Virus record (IMG/VR): IMGVR_UViG_3300021256_000092
DNA length: 64,000 bases
Origin: an uncultured virus (IMG/VR IMGVR_UViG_3300021256_000092)
Taxonomy: Duplodnaviria; Heunggongvirae; Uroviricota; Caudoviricetes
Strand: one strand, 5' to 3'
The notes beneath the pieces are model-generated. The model made no database searches. It saw only the letters and a program-made list of their open reading frames with translations, and was not told the DNA's origin. A program made the translations under genes and the position numbers. Each line of letters begins with the position of its first letter. Within the stretch, counting starts at the first letter, position 1. Below, piece after piece: positions 28,564 to 37,486 of the stretch.

Positions 28564-29454
28564 ATGTTATTTATTAATGCACATGCAGATAGATGGGTAA
28601 CAATTAATGGTGTGCACGTTCTCATAGGAGGAAATGATGGACATACTGTTATCAAGGGTCCCGCTAATCTTCTTGGGAAATCCTATGAGTATGCTACAGG
28701 TGGAAAGCCTTTCAGTACTGAACACTATTACCCCGAAAATTCTTATACAAAGAAAGATGATTACAAGGAAGCAAGTGAGAATCTGAGTGAGCATTATAAG
28801 AAAAAGGATGAAGCTAGTAAAGAGTGGCGGGAGCAAAGTGAGAAAGCTGAGAAACAATCTGTACCAAAGCCAAAAGAAGAGTGGGATTTTGATGATGAAG
28901 TAAATAGTCTTTTGGGTGATAAGCCTAGAAAATACACCAAAGGGGGAAAAGAAGCCAAAGAAAAAGCTGATAAAGCCCTAAACAGAATGGTTGCAGAAGA
29001 GAAGTTAATATCTGAGTTCAAGGATGTGGTTGACTTCATTGAGAGTCAAAATGCTAGGATTCAGCGAAACAATTTCTCCCCGAAAGAACTTGTAAGCACA
29101 GACAAGAAAGACTTTGAGGGCTTTAACATAAAGACCACTGGTACTTCATTCGGAGATGAACAGCTTGCAAAGTTCCCAAACAACATCGTTTCCATGACAC
29201 CAAAGGAGTATCTTGAGAGAAGCGCCTATGAAATATTTAATTCTACGATAGAGAAAGCCACAAGAGGTGTTGTACAAGATTCATCTATAGGAAAGTATGC
29301 AGATATGATGAAAGAAGGAACGAAGTTTGACCTACCATACCTCAACTACAAAGATAAAGGGCAAGAGGGAAGACACAGAGCAATCGCCGCAGATATGTTG
29401 GGGATAGCTGAAATCCCTGTTCTCATTATTGGCAGAGAAGTGCGCAAAAAGTAA
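28564..29454 (+). CDS. Putative virion-packaged protein with INAHA leader, WVTINGVHV motif and C-terminal ParB/Srx-like motif
   Basis: AAGGAG RBS; MLFINAHADRWVTINGVHVLI; QEGRHRAIAA...IPV. Confidence 0.55.
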   Translation: MLFINAHADRWVTINGVHVLIGGNDGHTVIKGPANLLGKSYEYATGGKPFSTEHYYPENSYTKKDDYKEASENLSEHYKKKDEASKEWREQSEKAEKQSVPKPKEEWDFDDEVNSLLGDKPRKYTKGGKEAKEKADKALNRMVAEEKLISEFKDVVDFIESQNARIQRNNFSPKELVSTDKKDFEGFNIKTTGTSFGDEQLAKFPNNIVSMTPKEYLERSAYEIFNSTIEKATRGVVQDSSIGKYADMMKEGTKFDLPYLNYKDKGQEGRHRAIAADMLGIAEIPVLIIGREVRKK

Positions 29455-29521
29455 ATAAGTGTTATTATGAAGTGAGTAGTGGAAAAAAGCTACTCACTTT
29501 TATTTTATAGGAGAATCAAAT

Positions 29522-31183
29522 ATGGAAAAGATTGTAGTACTTAATAGTGGTGGTTTTGATAGCGTTGTATTACTTCATAAATTACGCATCTTTGATAGAG
29601 ATGATAGGGAGATTCATTCTCTTCATTTTCATTTCGGCGCATTAAATGAAAAGCAACAGCAGAGATGTGTAGATAAGGTTTGTGAGAAGTTAGACCTCAT
29701 TTCTAAAGTAATTGAGCTACCTAAGATAGATTGGACTAAAAGAGATTTTTACTCGGGAAAAGGTAAAGACCTCTCTAGTGGTTATTTAGAATACCGTAAT
29801 TTAATCTTTCTTTCTTATGCAATTTCTTATGCCGAAAGTATCGGAGCAAAAGAGATTTACACTGCAATCCTTAAAGGGGGAATATATACAGATACCAATC
29901 CCTTATTCTTTAAAGGGCTTAATTCTTTCCTTGAACCAAACAGTGGGATAAAGATTATAACCCCTTTTGATAATCTTACTAAAGTTGATATAACCTATAT
30001 AGCTTCTACTTGTTGTATTACTCCTGAGGATTATTTTAGTTGTGATACACCTAATGAGAATGGAGAGCCTTGTGGTGAGTGTATGCAGTGTGAGGAGCTT
30101 AAAGAAATTAATGAGCACCTTACTATTAATACACCACTTAAAGCCTTTTTTGCCTCGGGAAATGATTTCTGCGACCCTACTTTTAAGGAGTTATTGAGCA
30201 AAGAGAAAATCTATGAGGTAAGAGCTTTAATCAATAATGACTGTCAGTTAAAGTGTAAGCACTGCTTTTATGGATTCGAGAGCATGAAGTCCGAGCCTGT
30301 TTCAAAGGAGTTATACTATTCTGCACTTAAAGATTTTGTCCTTAAGCATGGAGTAGAGAATATCCATTTCAGCGGAAAAGAACCTTTATTTGACGATAAA
30401 ATTCTGTGGTATGCACATAAGATACAAGAAGATAAACTCCCATGTACATTTAATCTTGTCACTAATGGAATCAATCTCCCAAAATATGTTTCAGAATTGA
30501 AAAATTGCGGCATGAACAGAGTTTATCTAAGTGTCGATGATATACTCAACACCAATGGTGTGAGAAGTGTTCATGCTGTAACTGATAAAGCTATTAAGGC
30601 TTGTAATGAAGTAGATATTCCTGTTGAGGTATTTATTGATATTCATAATAATAACTATAATAAGCTTGAAAATATTGTAGAATATTTGGAGAGTAATTTT
30701 AAAATCGACAGATACTATGTCCGTACAATTAGAAGTATAGGAAACGCTGAGAATTTAAGTCTACCAAAAGGAAAAGAGCTTGAAGTAGCATGGAAACAAA
30801 TAAAATTTCTCGCCGATAAATACAAAGATAAGGAATTTGAATTTAGTGTAAGTATAGAATACACTGATGAGATAAGAAATACCGAGCTTGAAGAAGATAT
30901 AATTACTTGCGAGAATTGGTACACATCTAAATTTAGAGAAAACCTTTTTGTTCACCTTGAAAGGTTCTGTTACAGATACACAGATACCTATACCCTTACT
31001 CCCGATGGTTATTTACTTGGATGCGCAAGTGAAGTTTCTCTCCCTAACTATGATGAAGTGAGTGTGGGAAATATAAAAGACCACTCAATAGATGAGTTAG
31101 TAGCGAGGGGAAGAGAAGTAAGTAAGAAATGCAATGACTGTTATATGGAAAAAGAATTAGCTTGTAAATGTAAATATCTTTAA
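29522..31183 (+). CDS. queC: QueC (preQ0 synthase) fused to a radical SAM domain with SPASM/twitch-like C-terminus
   Basis: SGGFDS, YRN, Cx8CxxCxxC; then CQLKCKHC, FSGKEP, VTNG, LSVD, TLTPDG...C, VGNI, CNDC. Confidence 0.88.
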   Translation: MEKIVVLNSGGFDSVVLLHKLRIFDRDDREIHSLHFHFGALNEKQQQRCVDKVCEKLDLISKVIELPKIDWTKRDFYSGKGKDLSSGYLEYRNLIFLSYAISYAESIGAKEIYTAILKGGIYTDTNPLFFKGLNSFLEPNSGIKIITPFDNLTKVDITYIASTCCITPEDYFSCDTPNENGEPCGECMQCEELKEINEHLTINTPLKAFFASGNDFCDPTFKELLSKEKIYEVRALINNDCQLKCKHCFYGFESMKSEPVSKELYYSALKDFVLKHGVENIHFSGKEPLFDDKILWYAHKIQEDKLPCTFNLVTNGINLPKYVSELKNCGMNRVYLSVDDILNTNGVRSVHAVTDKAIKACNEVDIPVEVFIDIHNNNYNKLENIVEYLESNFKIDRYYVRTIRSIGNAENLSLPKGKELEVAWKQIKFLADKYKDKEFEFSVSIEYTDEIRNTELEEDIITCENWYTSKFRENLFVHLERFCYRYTDTYTLTPDGYLLGCASEVSLPNYDEVSVGNIKDHSIDELVARGREVSKKCNDCYMEKELACKCKYL

Positions 31184-31336
31184 TTTCCTCTAACAAAATA
31201 CAGTATCTAGGTTGTTTTTAGAAACGTATATTGGTAGAATAGCATTAGATTAAAAATTGGATTTGCAGATAGTGTTTATTAGTATTCCCTACTGCACTAC
31301 GAACTTTAATCAAATACTATATAGGAGGAAAAAGCT

Positions 31337-31603
31337 ATGATGTTCATTATCAATGCACACGCTCAGGGCGGTGGCGGTGGACGTAATGGAGGTGGAGGAT
31401 ATGCCCCTCGTAGAGAAGTTGCACAGATGGCCGCCGACAATGTAAGAGCAGCTGGTGGAAGTGCTTCTAGAGCACAGAGAGCCTTCAACAACGTTATGAA
31501 CGCAACTGGTGCCACAACCGTAATGGACCTTAGAGGTGTTGGCGGAAGACGTGTTAGCGGGAGAGGCGTATCTAGAGCTGCTAGAGCAGGCATCAATTCC
31601 TAA
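31337..31603 (+). CDS. Small Gly/Arg/Ala-rich basic protein with INAHA leader
   Basis: AGGAGG RBS, own terminator; MMFIINAHAQGGGGGR... Confidence 0.75.
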   Translation: MMFIINAHAQGGGGGRNGGGGYAPRREVAQMAADNVRAAGGSASRAQRAFNNVMNATGATTVMDLRGVGGRRVSGRGVSRAARAGINS

Positions 31604-31610
31604 GAAAAAG

Positions 31611-31634
31611 AAGCGGTCATTTGACCGCTTTTTT
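31611..31634 (+). terminator. Rho-independent terminator
   Basis: AAGCGGTCA...TGACCGCTT followed by a T run. Confidence 0.75.
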
Positions 31635-31683
31635 CTTTTAGTTTATAATAGTCTCTATCTTAGTAGAAAGGAGAGACGAAGCT

Positions 31684-31836
31684 ATGACAAGATATTATGG
31701 CGCAGAAGGTGAGAGAGTACTTATTCAGAACCTTAAGCGTGCGGACAAGAGTGATGAAGAGATTAACAAGGCAGTACTTAACTTCCGTAGCATTGAAAAT
31801 GCAAGCGTAGTTGATACTTCAACACTCAACAAGTGA
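31684..31836 (+). CDS. 50-aa hypothetical protein (not in ORF track)
   Basis: AAGGAG RBS; MTRYYGAEGERVLIQNLKRADKSDEEINKAVLNFRSIENASVVDTSTLNK. Confidence 0.55.
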   Translation: MTRYYGAEGERVLIQNLKRADKSDEEINKAVLNFRSIENASVVDTSTLNK

Positions 31837-31929
31837 TTGATTCTCTTAGGCAGACCTAGTAGATTAACTCTACTAGGTCTTTTTATGTTATAATCCCTTT
31901 AACCGAAAAATTTTATGGAGGAATTAATC

Positions 31930-32496
31930 ATGAATAAAGAAACAAAGATTAGTGAAATTGAAGAGCACTTAAAAGCTATAAGTGATATTTTGGGAATAGA
32001 AGAGACAGAAAGTAATAAGGACACCCCGAGCAGAATAGCAAGAATGTGGGTGAATGAACTTTTTGAGAACAATAAAAAGAGTTTGTGGGAACTCGATAAA
32101 GCAATGACATTATTTCCTAACAATGATACTGATTCTGAGGAAATGATAGTTATGAAAGACATAAGATTCAACTCAATGTGTGAGCATCATTGGATGCCTT
32201 TCTTCGGCACTGTCAATGTAGGATATATCCCCGACAAGACTATCATAGGGCTTTCAAAAATCCCTAGAGTTGTGCGCTTTTTCAGCAGAAAGCCACAATT
32301 ACAGGAGAACCTTACCAAAGAGATAGGAGAATATCTTGTAGATATTTTGAATCCTAAAGAACTCTATGTCATTATGGAAGCCACCCATACATGCGTTATG
32401 TGTAGGGGCGCTGAGAGTGAATGCACCACTAAGACAAAATTCTGTTTTGGCGATAATAAGGGATATAAAGAGTTTTTAGCTATGTGTAAGGAGTAA
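31930..32496 (+). CDS. folE: GTP cyclohydrolase I
   Basis: DTPSRIARM, SMCEHHWMPF.G, GLSKIPR, QLQENLT, HTCVMCRG. Confidence 0.95.
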   Translation: MNKETKISEIEEHLKAISDILGIEETESNKDTPSRIARMWVNELFENNKKSLWELDKAMTLFPNNDTDSEEMIVMKDIRFNSMCEHHWMPFFGTVNVGYIPDKTIIGLSKIPRVVRFFSRKPQLQENLTKEIGEYLVDILNPKELYVIMEATHTCVMCRGAESECTTKTKFCFGDNKGYKEFLAMCKE

Positions 32497-32499
32497 AAT

Positions 32500-34488
32500 A
32501 TGCCTAAGTTCAAAATAAAGAAAGTATCTGAAGGTAATTCTGCCCCTAAAAAAGTTGAGGAAAAGAAGTATGACAATATTCGAGATGTAATGGATTACAC
32601 TAAAGATTTTTCTATTTACTTCTCGGGAGTTGAGAACAAAGCATACTTTGATGGTTGCTATGAAATGGGTGTAAGAAATTTTCTTATGTCCTATCATTAT
32701 TTACAAGGAACTACTTTAAAGACAAAATTAAGTGGCACAGATGTAAAGCTACTGATAGATTCGGGAGCTTATACGTATCAAGTTGACCCTACTTTCAGAG
32801 AAAAAGAACCTGAATTTTGGGAGTCTCTAATAAAGAGATATTTACATTGGGCTGAGAAGAACAGAGACTATATTTTCGCTATAGCAAACCTTGACATAGA
32901 GAATATTGTCGGCGGTGAACTAGTAAAGAAGTGGAATGAGCAATACTTCGAGCCATTCATGTTAAGAACAGGAATACCTGTATGTTTTATTTGGCATGAA
33001 GAAACGACTCTTCTTTCTTGGGAGCAGTATTGTCAGAGATACCCTTATGTGGGAACTTCTTTAGTTATGGATTCAAAAGATTTCATGAAAATCAATGAAA
33101 TGCTGAAAGTCGCAGAAAAGTATAAGACTCTAGTTCATGGAATGGGTACAACTAGAACTTCCATTCTCCCAAAACTCCCATTCTACACCGTAGATTCAAC
33201 TTCATGGAAAGCGGGATTCAGATATGGTCAGATAGCTATATGGAATGGAACTAAAGTACAGTTAAAGGGAAAAGAAGACTTTGAGACTAAAGTATTCCCT
33301 GTGATTGAAACCTATAAGGATATACACCCACCTTTAGACAAAGAAAAAATCGCAAAATATGATGAACCCGAGGTACTTAGATGTAATGTCTATGCTTATT
33401 TAAAAGCCGAGGAATACATAAGAGAGAGACTAAAGCCTCTGACCTATTGGAAGAAGCAAGAAGCAAAGACTAGAAGTTCTATGGATGATGTTGTGTTCCC
33501 TAGTGCTGAGTGGTTCAGTAATCCCGAAGCGCAAGAATCTGAGTGGGAGAAGTACGCAGACGAGTTTAACATAAGCAAAGAGAACAAGGGACAATCTTTA
33601 GACCTTATCTGTGATATGACTATCTTTATGAATTGGGATAATCCCGAATATCAAGAGTATAGAGACAGTGTTTATACTCCCGAAATTCTTAAAGAGCTTC
33701 ATGATATGTTCATCAATAAGATGGTGGAGAATGATGAGCAGAGAGTCGAGGACTTGATTAAGTTCTACAAAGATAATCTGTTTGGAAAAGATACTACACT
33801 TCTTTATTTAGGCACTAATTTTGACCGTAAAGTTCGGGAAAGAGACGAGTACCTAGAAGATGATGAGTATGACTATGTGGACGCTTCTGAGAGCGAAATA
33901 GAGCAGATAAAAGCTAAATTTCTGCCGACTAATTCAGAAGCACCTGAGATAGACAGCTTGGATGATGAAATATTTGAGAGTGAAGGAATAGTTCCTGTAA
34001 GAGATGCGAGTGGAAAGTTCCTAAAAGGACAGCACAAAGTATTGAAGCCCAAATTGGTGTACTCTAAGAAGTTCCCTAAACTCGCCTGTGATACCTGTTA
34101 CATGGCGCAAAAATGCCCGCAGTATAAACAAGGATATGCCTGTGCATATAACAAGATATTTGATAAGTTCAATACAAGAGATATGGGTGATATTATTCAA
34201 GCCATGCAAGGTATCGTAGACTTCTCCATGAACCGAGTACAGAGAGCAATGATGGCTGAAATCCTTTCGGGAGGAATCCCTGATGCTAATACCTCTGCAC
34301 TTATGGACCAATCCATGAGATATTTGAATCAGTTAAAGCAGATGTATGAGTATGGAAATGCCGAAGTATTGAGACAGACCAAAACTGTTAAAGCAGATGG
34401 CACTCAAGAGATGACTACTCAGATAACCAATCCTACAGAAGGCGGAATACTCTCAAAGATTTTCGGGAATATGAATAATTCAAACTGA
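32500..34488 (+). CDS. dpdA: DpdA-like (TGT-fold) DNA deazaguanine transglycosylase with long C-terminal extension and Zn motif
   Basis: LLIDSGAY, NLD, IWH, VHGMG, VDSTSW; C-terminal CxxC-x5-C-x8-C; adjacent to folE/queC. Confidence 0.75.
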   Translation: MPKFKIKKVSEGNSAPKKVEEKKYDNIRDVMDYTKDFSIYFSGVENKAYFDGCYEMGVRNFLMSYHYLQGTTLKTKLSGTDVKLLIDSGAYTYQVDPTFREKEPEFWESLIKRYLHWAEKNRDYIFAIANLDIENIVGGELVKKWNEQYFEPFMLRTGIPVCFIWHEETTLLSWEQYCQRYPYVGTSLVMDSKDFMKINEMLKVAEKYKTLVHGMGTTRTSILPKLPFYTVDSTSWKAGFRYGQIAIWNGTKVQLKGKEDFETKVFPVIETYKDIHPPLDKEKIAKYDEPEVLRCNVYAYLKAEEYIRERLKPLTYWKKQEAKTRSSMDDVVFPSAEWFSNPEAQESEWEKYADEFNISKENKGQSLDLICDMTIFMNWDNPEYQEYRDSVYTPEILKELHDMFINKMVENDEQRVEDLIKFYKDNLFGKDTTLLYLGTNFDRKVRERDEYLEDDEYDYVDASESEIEQIKAKFLPTNSEAPEIDSLDDEIFESEGIVPVRDASGKFLKGQHKVLKPKLVYSKKFPKLACDTCYMAQKCPQYKQGYACAYNKIFDKFNTRDMGDIIQAMQGIVDFSMNRVQRAMMAEILSGGIPDANTSALMDQSMRYLNQLKQMYEYGNAEVLRQTKTVKADGTQEMTTQITNPTEGGILSKIFGNMNNSN

Positions 34489-34502
34489 TGAAGAGTATAG
34501 AA

Positions 34503-34630
34503 GAGCGTGGAACGCTCCCTTATCCTTTAGGATAAGGTAATATAATAATATAATATTTAATATATATATATAATATAAAATATATTAAGTGTTAGGTAGC
34601 TAAGCGCCGATTTTTCGGACTTTTGACAAA
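34503..34630. repeat. Dispersed element copy 2
   Basis: GAGCG-TGGAA-CGCTC, CCTTATCCT-TT-AGGATAAGG, AT tract, TAGGTAGCTAAGCGCC. Confidence 0.75.
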
Positions 34631-34698
34631 TCCCTTGCAATCGTTTATGCTGTTTGAGCAAACATTAAACAGACAAACGAAAGCGAGGGATTTTTATT

Positions 34699-35175
34699 AT
34701 GCAAATACAAAAGTGTTTTACAGGAACGGGTTATGAAATTGATGAAAGCCCAATAAAGAAAGGCGACAGAGAGTTTGAAATAGAAATCAAACACACCATG
34801 ATTACAGATGATAACATTGATTCTACCATCATTTTAAACCTTTTCCCGACGATAAATAATAAATTGCTCCAATGCACAGGAAGATACTGTGAGAGATATG
34901 CGGGAGATATTCTTTATGATTTTGAGAGCATAAAAGAATGGGTGCATGAAAAGATACACCTAAGGGAGAGATTCTCAAAGAGAGTATTCTATTTCGGATT
35001 CAGAGAAATGGGTGTAGATGGTGAACAGATGATGAAAGCTAGACTTTCTGCGGGAGAAATTCATGCATACAGAGCTGTTTATGCCGAAGAAATTAGTGTG
35101 GTTATGACTGAATGTGATTGTAATAGTTCAAGCTGTGAGGTTATGCTTACAGCTAAATTAATGAGAATGGAGTAA
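34699..35175 (+). CDS. Hypothetical protein
   Basis: GAGGG RBS; 158 aa ORF. Confidence 0.55.
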   Translation: MQIQKCFTGTGYEIDESPIKKGDREFEIEIKHTMITDDNIDSTIILNLFPTINNKLLQCTGRYCERYAGDILYDFESIKEWVHEKIHLRERFSKRVFYFGFREMGVDGEQMMKARLSAGEIHAYRAVYAEEISVVMTECDCNSSSCEVMLTAKLMRME

Positions 35176-35177
35176 CT

Positions 35178-35375
35178 ATGACTAGAAAAGATTTAGCTTT
35201 GAAAGTAAGAGACATAGTATTAAGAGATTTGGCGGGGCAAGTAAAAGAATCTCAGATATGGGAATCAATAGCTTGTACAGATGATAGTTCATTACTTAGT
35301 TTTTATGAAAGTAAGACCTATGTAGATGAGATAGAGAAAAAGATTGTAAGGGATGCAAAAGAACAGGAGAAATAA
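35178..35375 (+). CDS. Hypothetical protein
   Basis: Tightly packed + strand ORF. Confidence 0.5.
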   Translation: MTRKDLALKVRDIVLRDLAGQVKESQIWESIACTDDSSLLSFYESKTYVDEIEKKIVRDAKEQEK

Positions 35376-35377
35376 TC

Positions 35378-35725
35378 ATGACTTTATATTTTTATTCATT
35401 GGTCAAAAATCTTATATCTAAGGAGATAAGTGTTATTGAAGAAACCGCGGAAGTAAAAGAGACTCCCTTTAAGTACATATCACTAGATAAGAAAGAGCTT
35501 CCTAGGAGAAATGTAAGACAGCTTAACAAAGATGATATAGAGAATGGAAAAGTTTTTGTATATCCAAAAGACTCTATATTATTTGGAACAATATATCAAG
35601 TAGTATTCCTTAAGAATGACAGGGAAGAAGCTATAAGACTTATGAAAAATTGCGCGGAGAAAGATTTAGAAGAGCTTAAAGCTAGAGAGGAGAGACAGAA
35701 GACTATAGTAGAAGCAATAAAGTGA
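35378..35725 (+). CDS. Hypothetical protein
   Basis: AGGAG RBS. Confidence 0.55.
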   Translation: MTLYFYSLVKNLISKEISVIEETAEVKETPFKYISLDKKELPRRNVRQLNKDDIENGKVFVYPKDSILFGTIYQVVFLKNDREEAIRLMKNCAEKDLEELKAREERQKTIVEAIK

Positions 35726-36413
35726 TGTTTTAGGATTAAAATAGTGTGCAGAAAGGGTGCTATTTTTTACAGAATAGCCCCTTTTTTCATGAAAATCGCG
35801 CGGTAAAAAGTACCTTTTTGCAGAGATATAAATACAGTAATAAAGAGTATAAGGAGAAACTCCAAAAAATCGCGCGGCTAAAAGGTACGCTATTTAATAA
35901 TAGATAAGTAAACACACATTATACAATAAGCAATAGAATAGATTGAATATCTTTATCTAGGACTACATTTACCTTTACCCTATCTGTTACCAATCTGTTA
36001 CTTAGACAGGTTAGGCACAATTAGGAAAGGTGCAAACACCACTCAAGGACTGGATAAATGTGTCTTTAGGTCATGCCTAGAGAATGCATAAGGGTGGTGT
36101 CTCAGACTACTATCTACCCTATATTGACCCTCTTTAGTAGTGGTATTGGACTAAATTTATTCTTTTCTCCCGCGGATTTTGGTCTGATTTAGTGCAAATT
36201 TTACCCCTTTAACTCAGGTATATTCCTCTATTTTATCCCTCCGCAGTAATAAGGGAGAGTAAAGAAAAGTATAAGAGTCAGGCAGTGCTTTAACACCCTA
36301 GAAATGTGTCTTGGGCGACTTGCAAAGCCTTTTAGAGTGTTTTATAATAGCTTTATAACTGAATATAAGAAAAAACGGTCAAATTTTACCCCGTTAAATG
36401 AGAGGAGTTTAAT

Positions 36414-37073
36414 ATGTTAAGAGACATTATGAGTAAAGCAGACGGTGAATCCTTGAAAGATGTATTCTACATCGTGAAGGGTCAGTACAGAGACAAAGCA
36501 CCGAAAATCGTGTGCGAAAGCGGTAGAGAAGTATATGTAGGCGGATATGACCCGAGCAGTGAAGAGACTAATGAATGGTACAGGGTTTTAGATAAGAATA
36601 CCTTCTATACTGTTTACTGCGGGAGTTCTTTAGAGGGCGCGCTTAATGCAATCACTAAAGAGATAAAGAAGTTCGGGTCTCAGAGACAGTTCTACAAGCA
36701 TGTATGTAAGGTAACTAATGAAGACTACTATGAGGTACATTATCTTCATCACGCGCCCATTTCGGAAGAAGAGCGAGAGAACCGTAGAGTTGAAGGAAGG
36801 TGTCCTAGAGTCTCCCCTGTTCAGAAAGAATTGGAGAGAGCTGTGTATGAGACCTACGGAGATTACTATCAAGACCTCATAGATGAGTACGTGGAGAAAG
36901 GTGTAGAAGCACTAGAGAAGAAAGACCCGCTTAAGAAGTCGAGCGGGTTGAGAAGCAAGTTCAAATTAAAGAAGAAAACCACTACAGGAGAGGTAGTAGA
37001 GAAACCAAAAGAAGTGCGGAACGAAAGTTCCTTGAAGAAAGTCAAGGTGAGAAGAATAAAGATGCTCGGGTAA
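36414..37073 (+). CDS. Hypothetical protein with basic C-terminus
   Basis: GAGGAG RBS; terminator-like hairpin at 37088-37119. Confidence 0.65.
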   Translation: MLRDIMSKADGESLKDVFYIVKGQYRDKAPKIVCESGREVYVGGYDPSSEETNEWYRVLDKNTFYTVYCGSSLEGALNAITKEIKKFGSQRQFYKHVCKVTNEDYYEVHYLHHAPISEEERENRRVEGRCPRVSPVQKELERAVYETYGDYYQDLIDEYVEKGVEALEKKDPLKKSSGLRSKFKLKKKTTTGEVVEKPKEVRNESSLKKVKVRRIKMLG

Positions 37074-37130
37074 GAGCTTCCCTGTTTAGAGTGTAGTACA
37101 TGAAGTGCTACACTCTTTTATTTTGTCTAT

Positions 37131-37419
37131 ACCCTCTAAAAGCCCTTAGAACATGTTTTAAGCCCTCTTAAGCCCTTAAGCATAGCTTAAGACCTGTAAG
37201 ACCTGTAAGACCTGTAAGACCCTCTAAAAGCCCTTAGAACACGTTTTAAGCCCTCTTAAGCCCTTAAGCATAGCTTAAGACCTGTAAGACCTGTAAGACC
37301 CTCTAAAAGCCCTTAGAACACGTTTTAAGCCCTCTTAAGCCCTTAAGCATAGCTTAAGACCTGTAAGACCTGTAAGACCTGTAAGACCCTCTAAAAGCCC
37401 TTAGAACACGTTTTAAGCC
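37131..37419. repeat. Tandem repeat, 79-88 bp unit x ~3.4, with nested 9-bp GACCTGTAA repeats
   Basis: Units start at 37131, 37219, 37298 and 37386; they differ by 2 vs 3 copies of the 9-mer. Confidence 0.95.
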
Positions 37420-37457
37420 TATTTATTAATTTTTTATTAAAATATGCTCTGTAGTAC

Positions 37458-37486
37458 TTGACAAAATCCAAAAATGCCAATATGCT
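37458..37486 (+). promoter_or_regulatory. SigmaA-type promoter with AT-rich upstream element (putative early promoter)
   Basis: TTGACA-17-TATGCT preceded by ATTTATTAATTTTTTATTAAAA. Confidence 0.65.

Noticed and set aside
24498..34488. Host chromosomal segment (queuosine genes, lepB, spoVS)
   Set aside because: Same strand and style as flanking phage genes, interleaved with phage ORFs; no integrase or att site seen.
37131..37419. CRISPR array
   Set aside because: Units are near-identical end to end, with no unique spacers and no cas operon.
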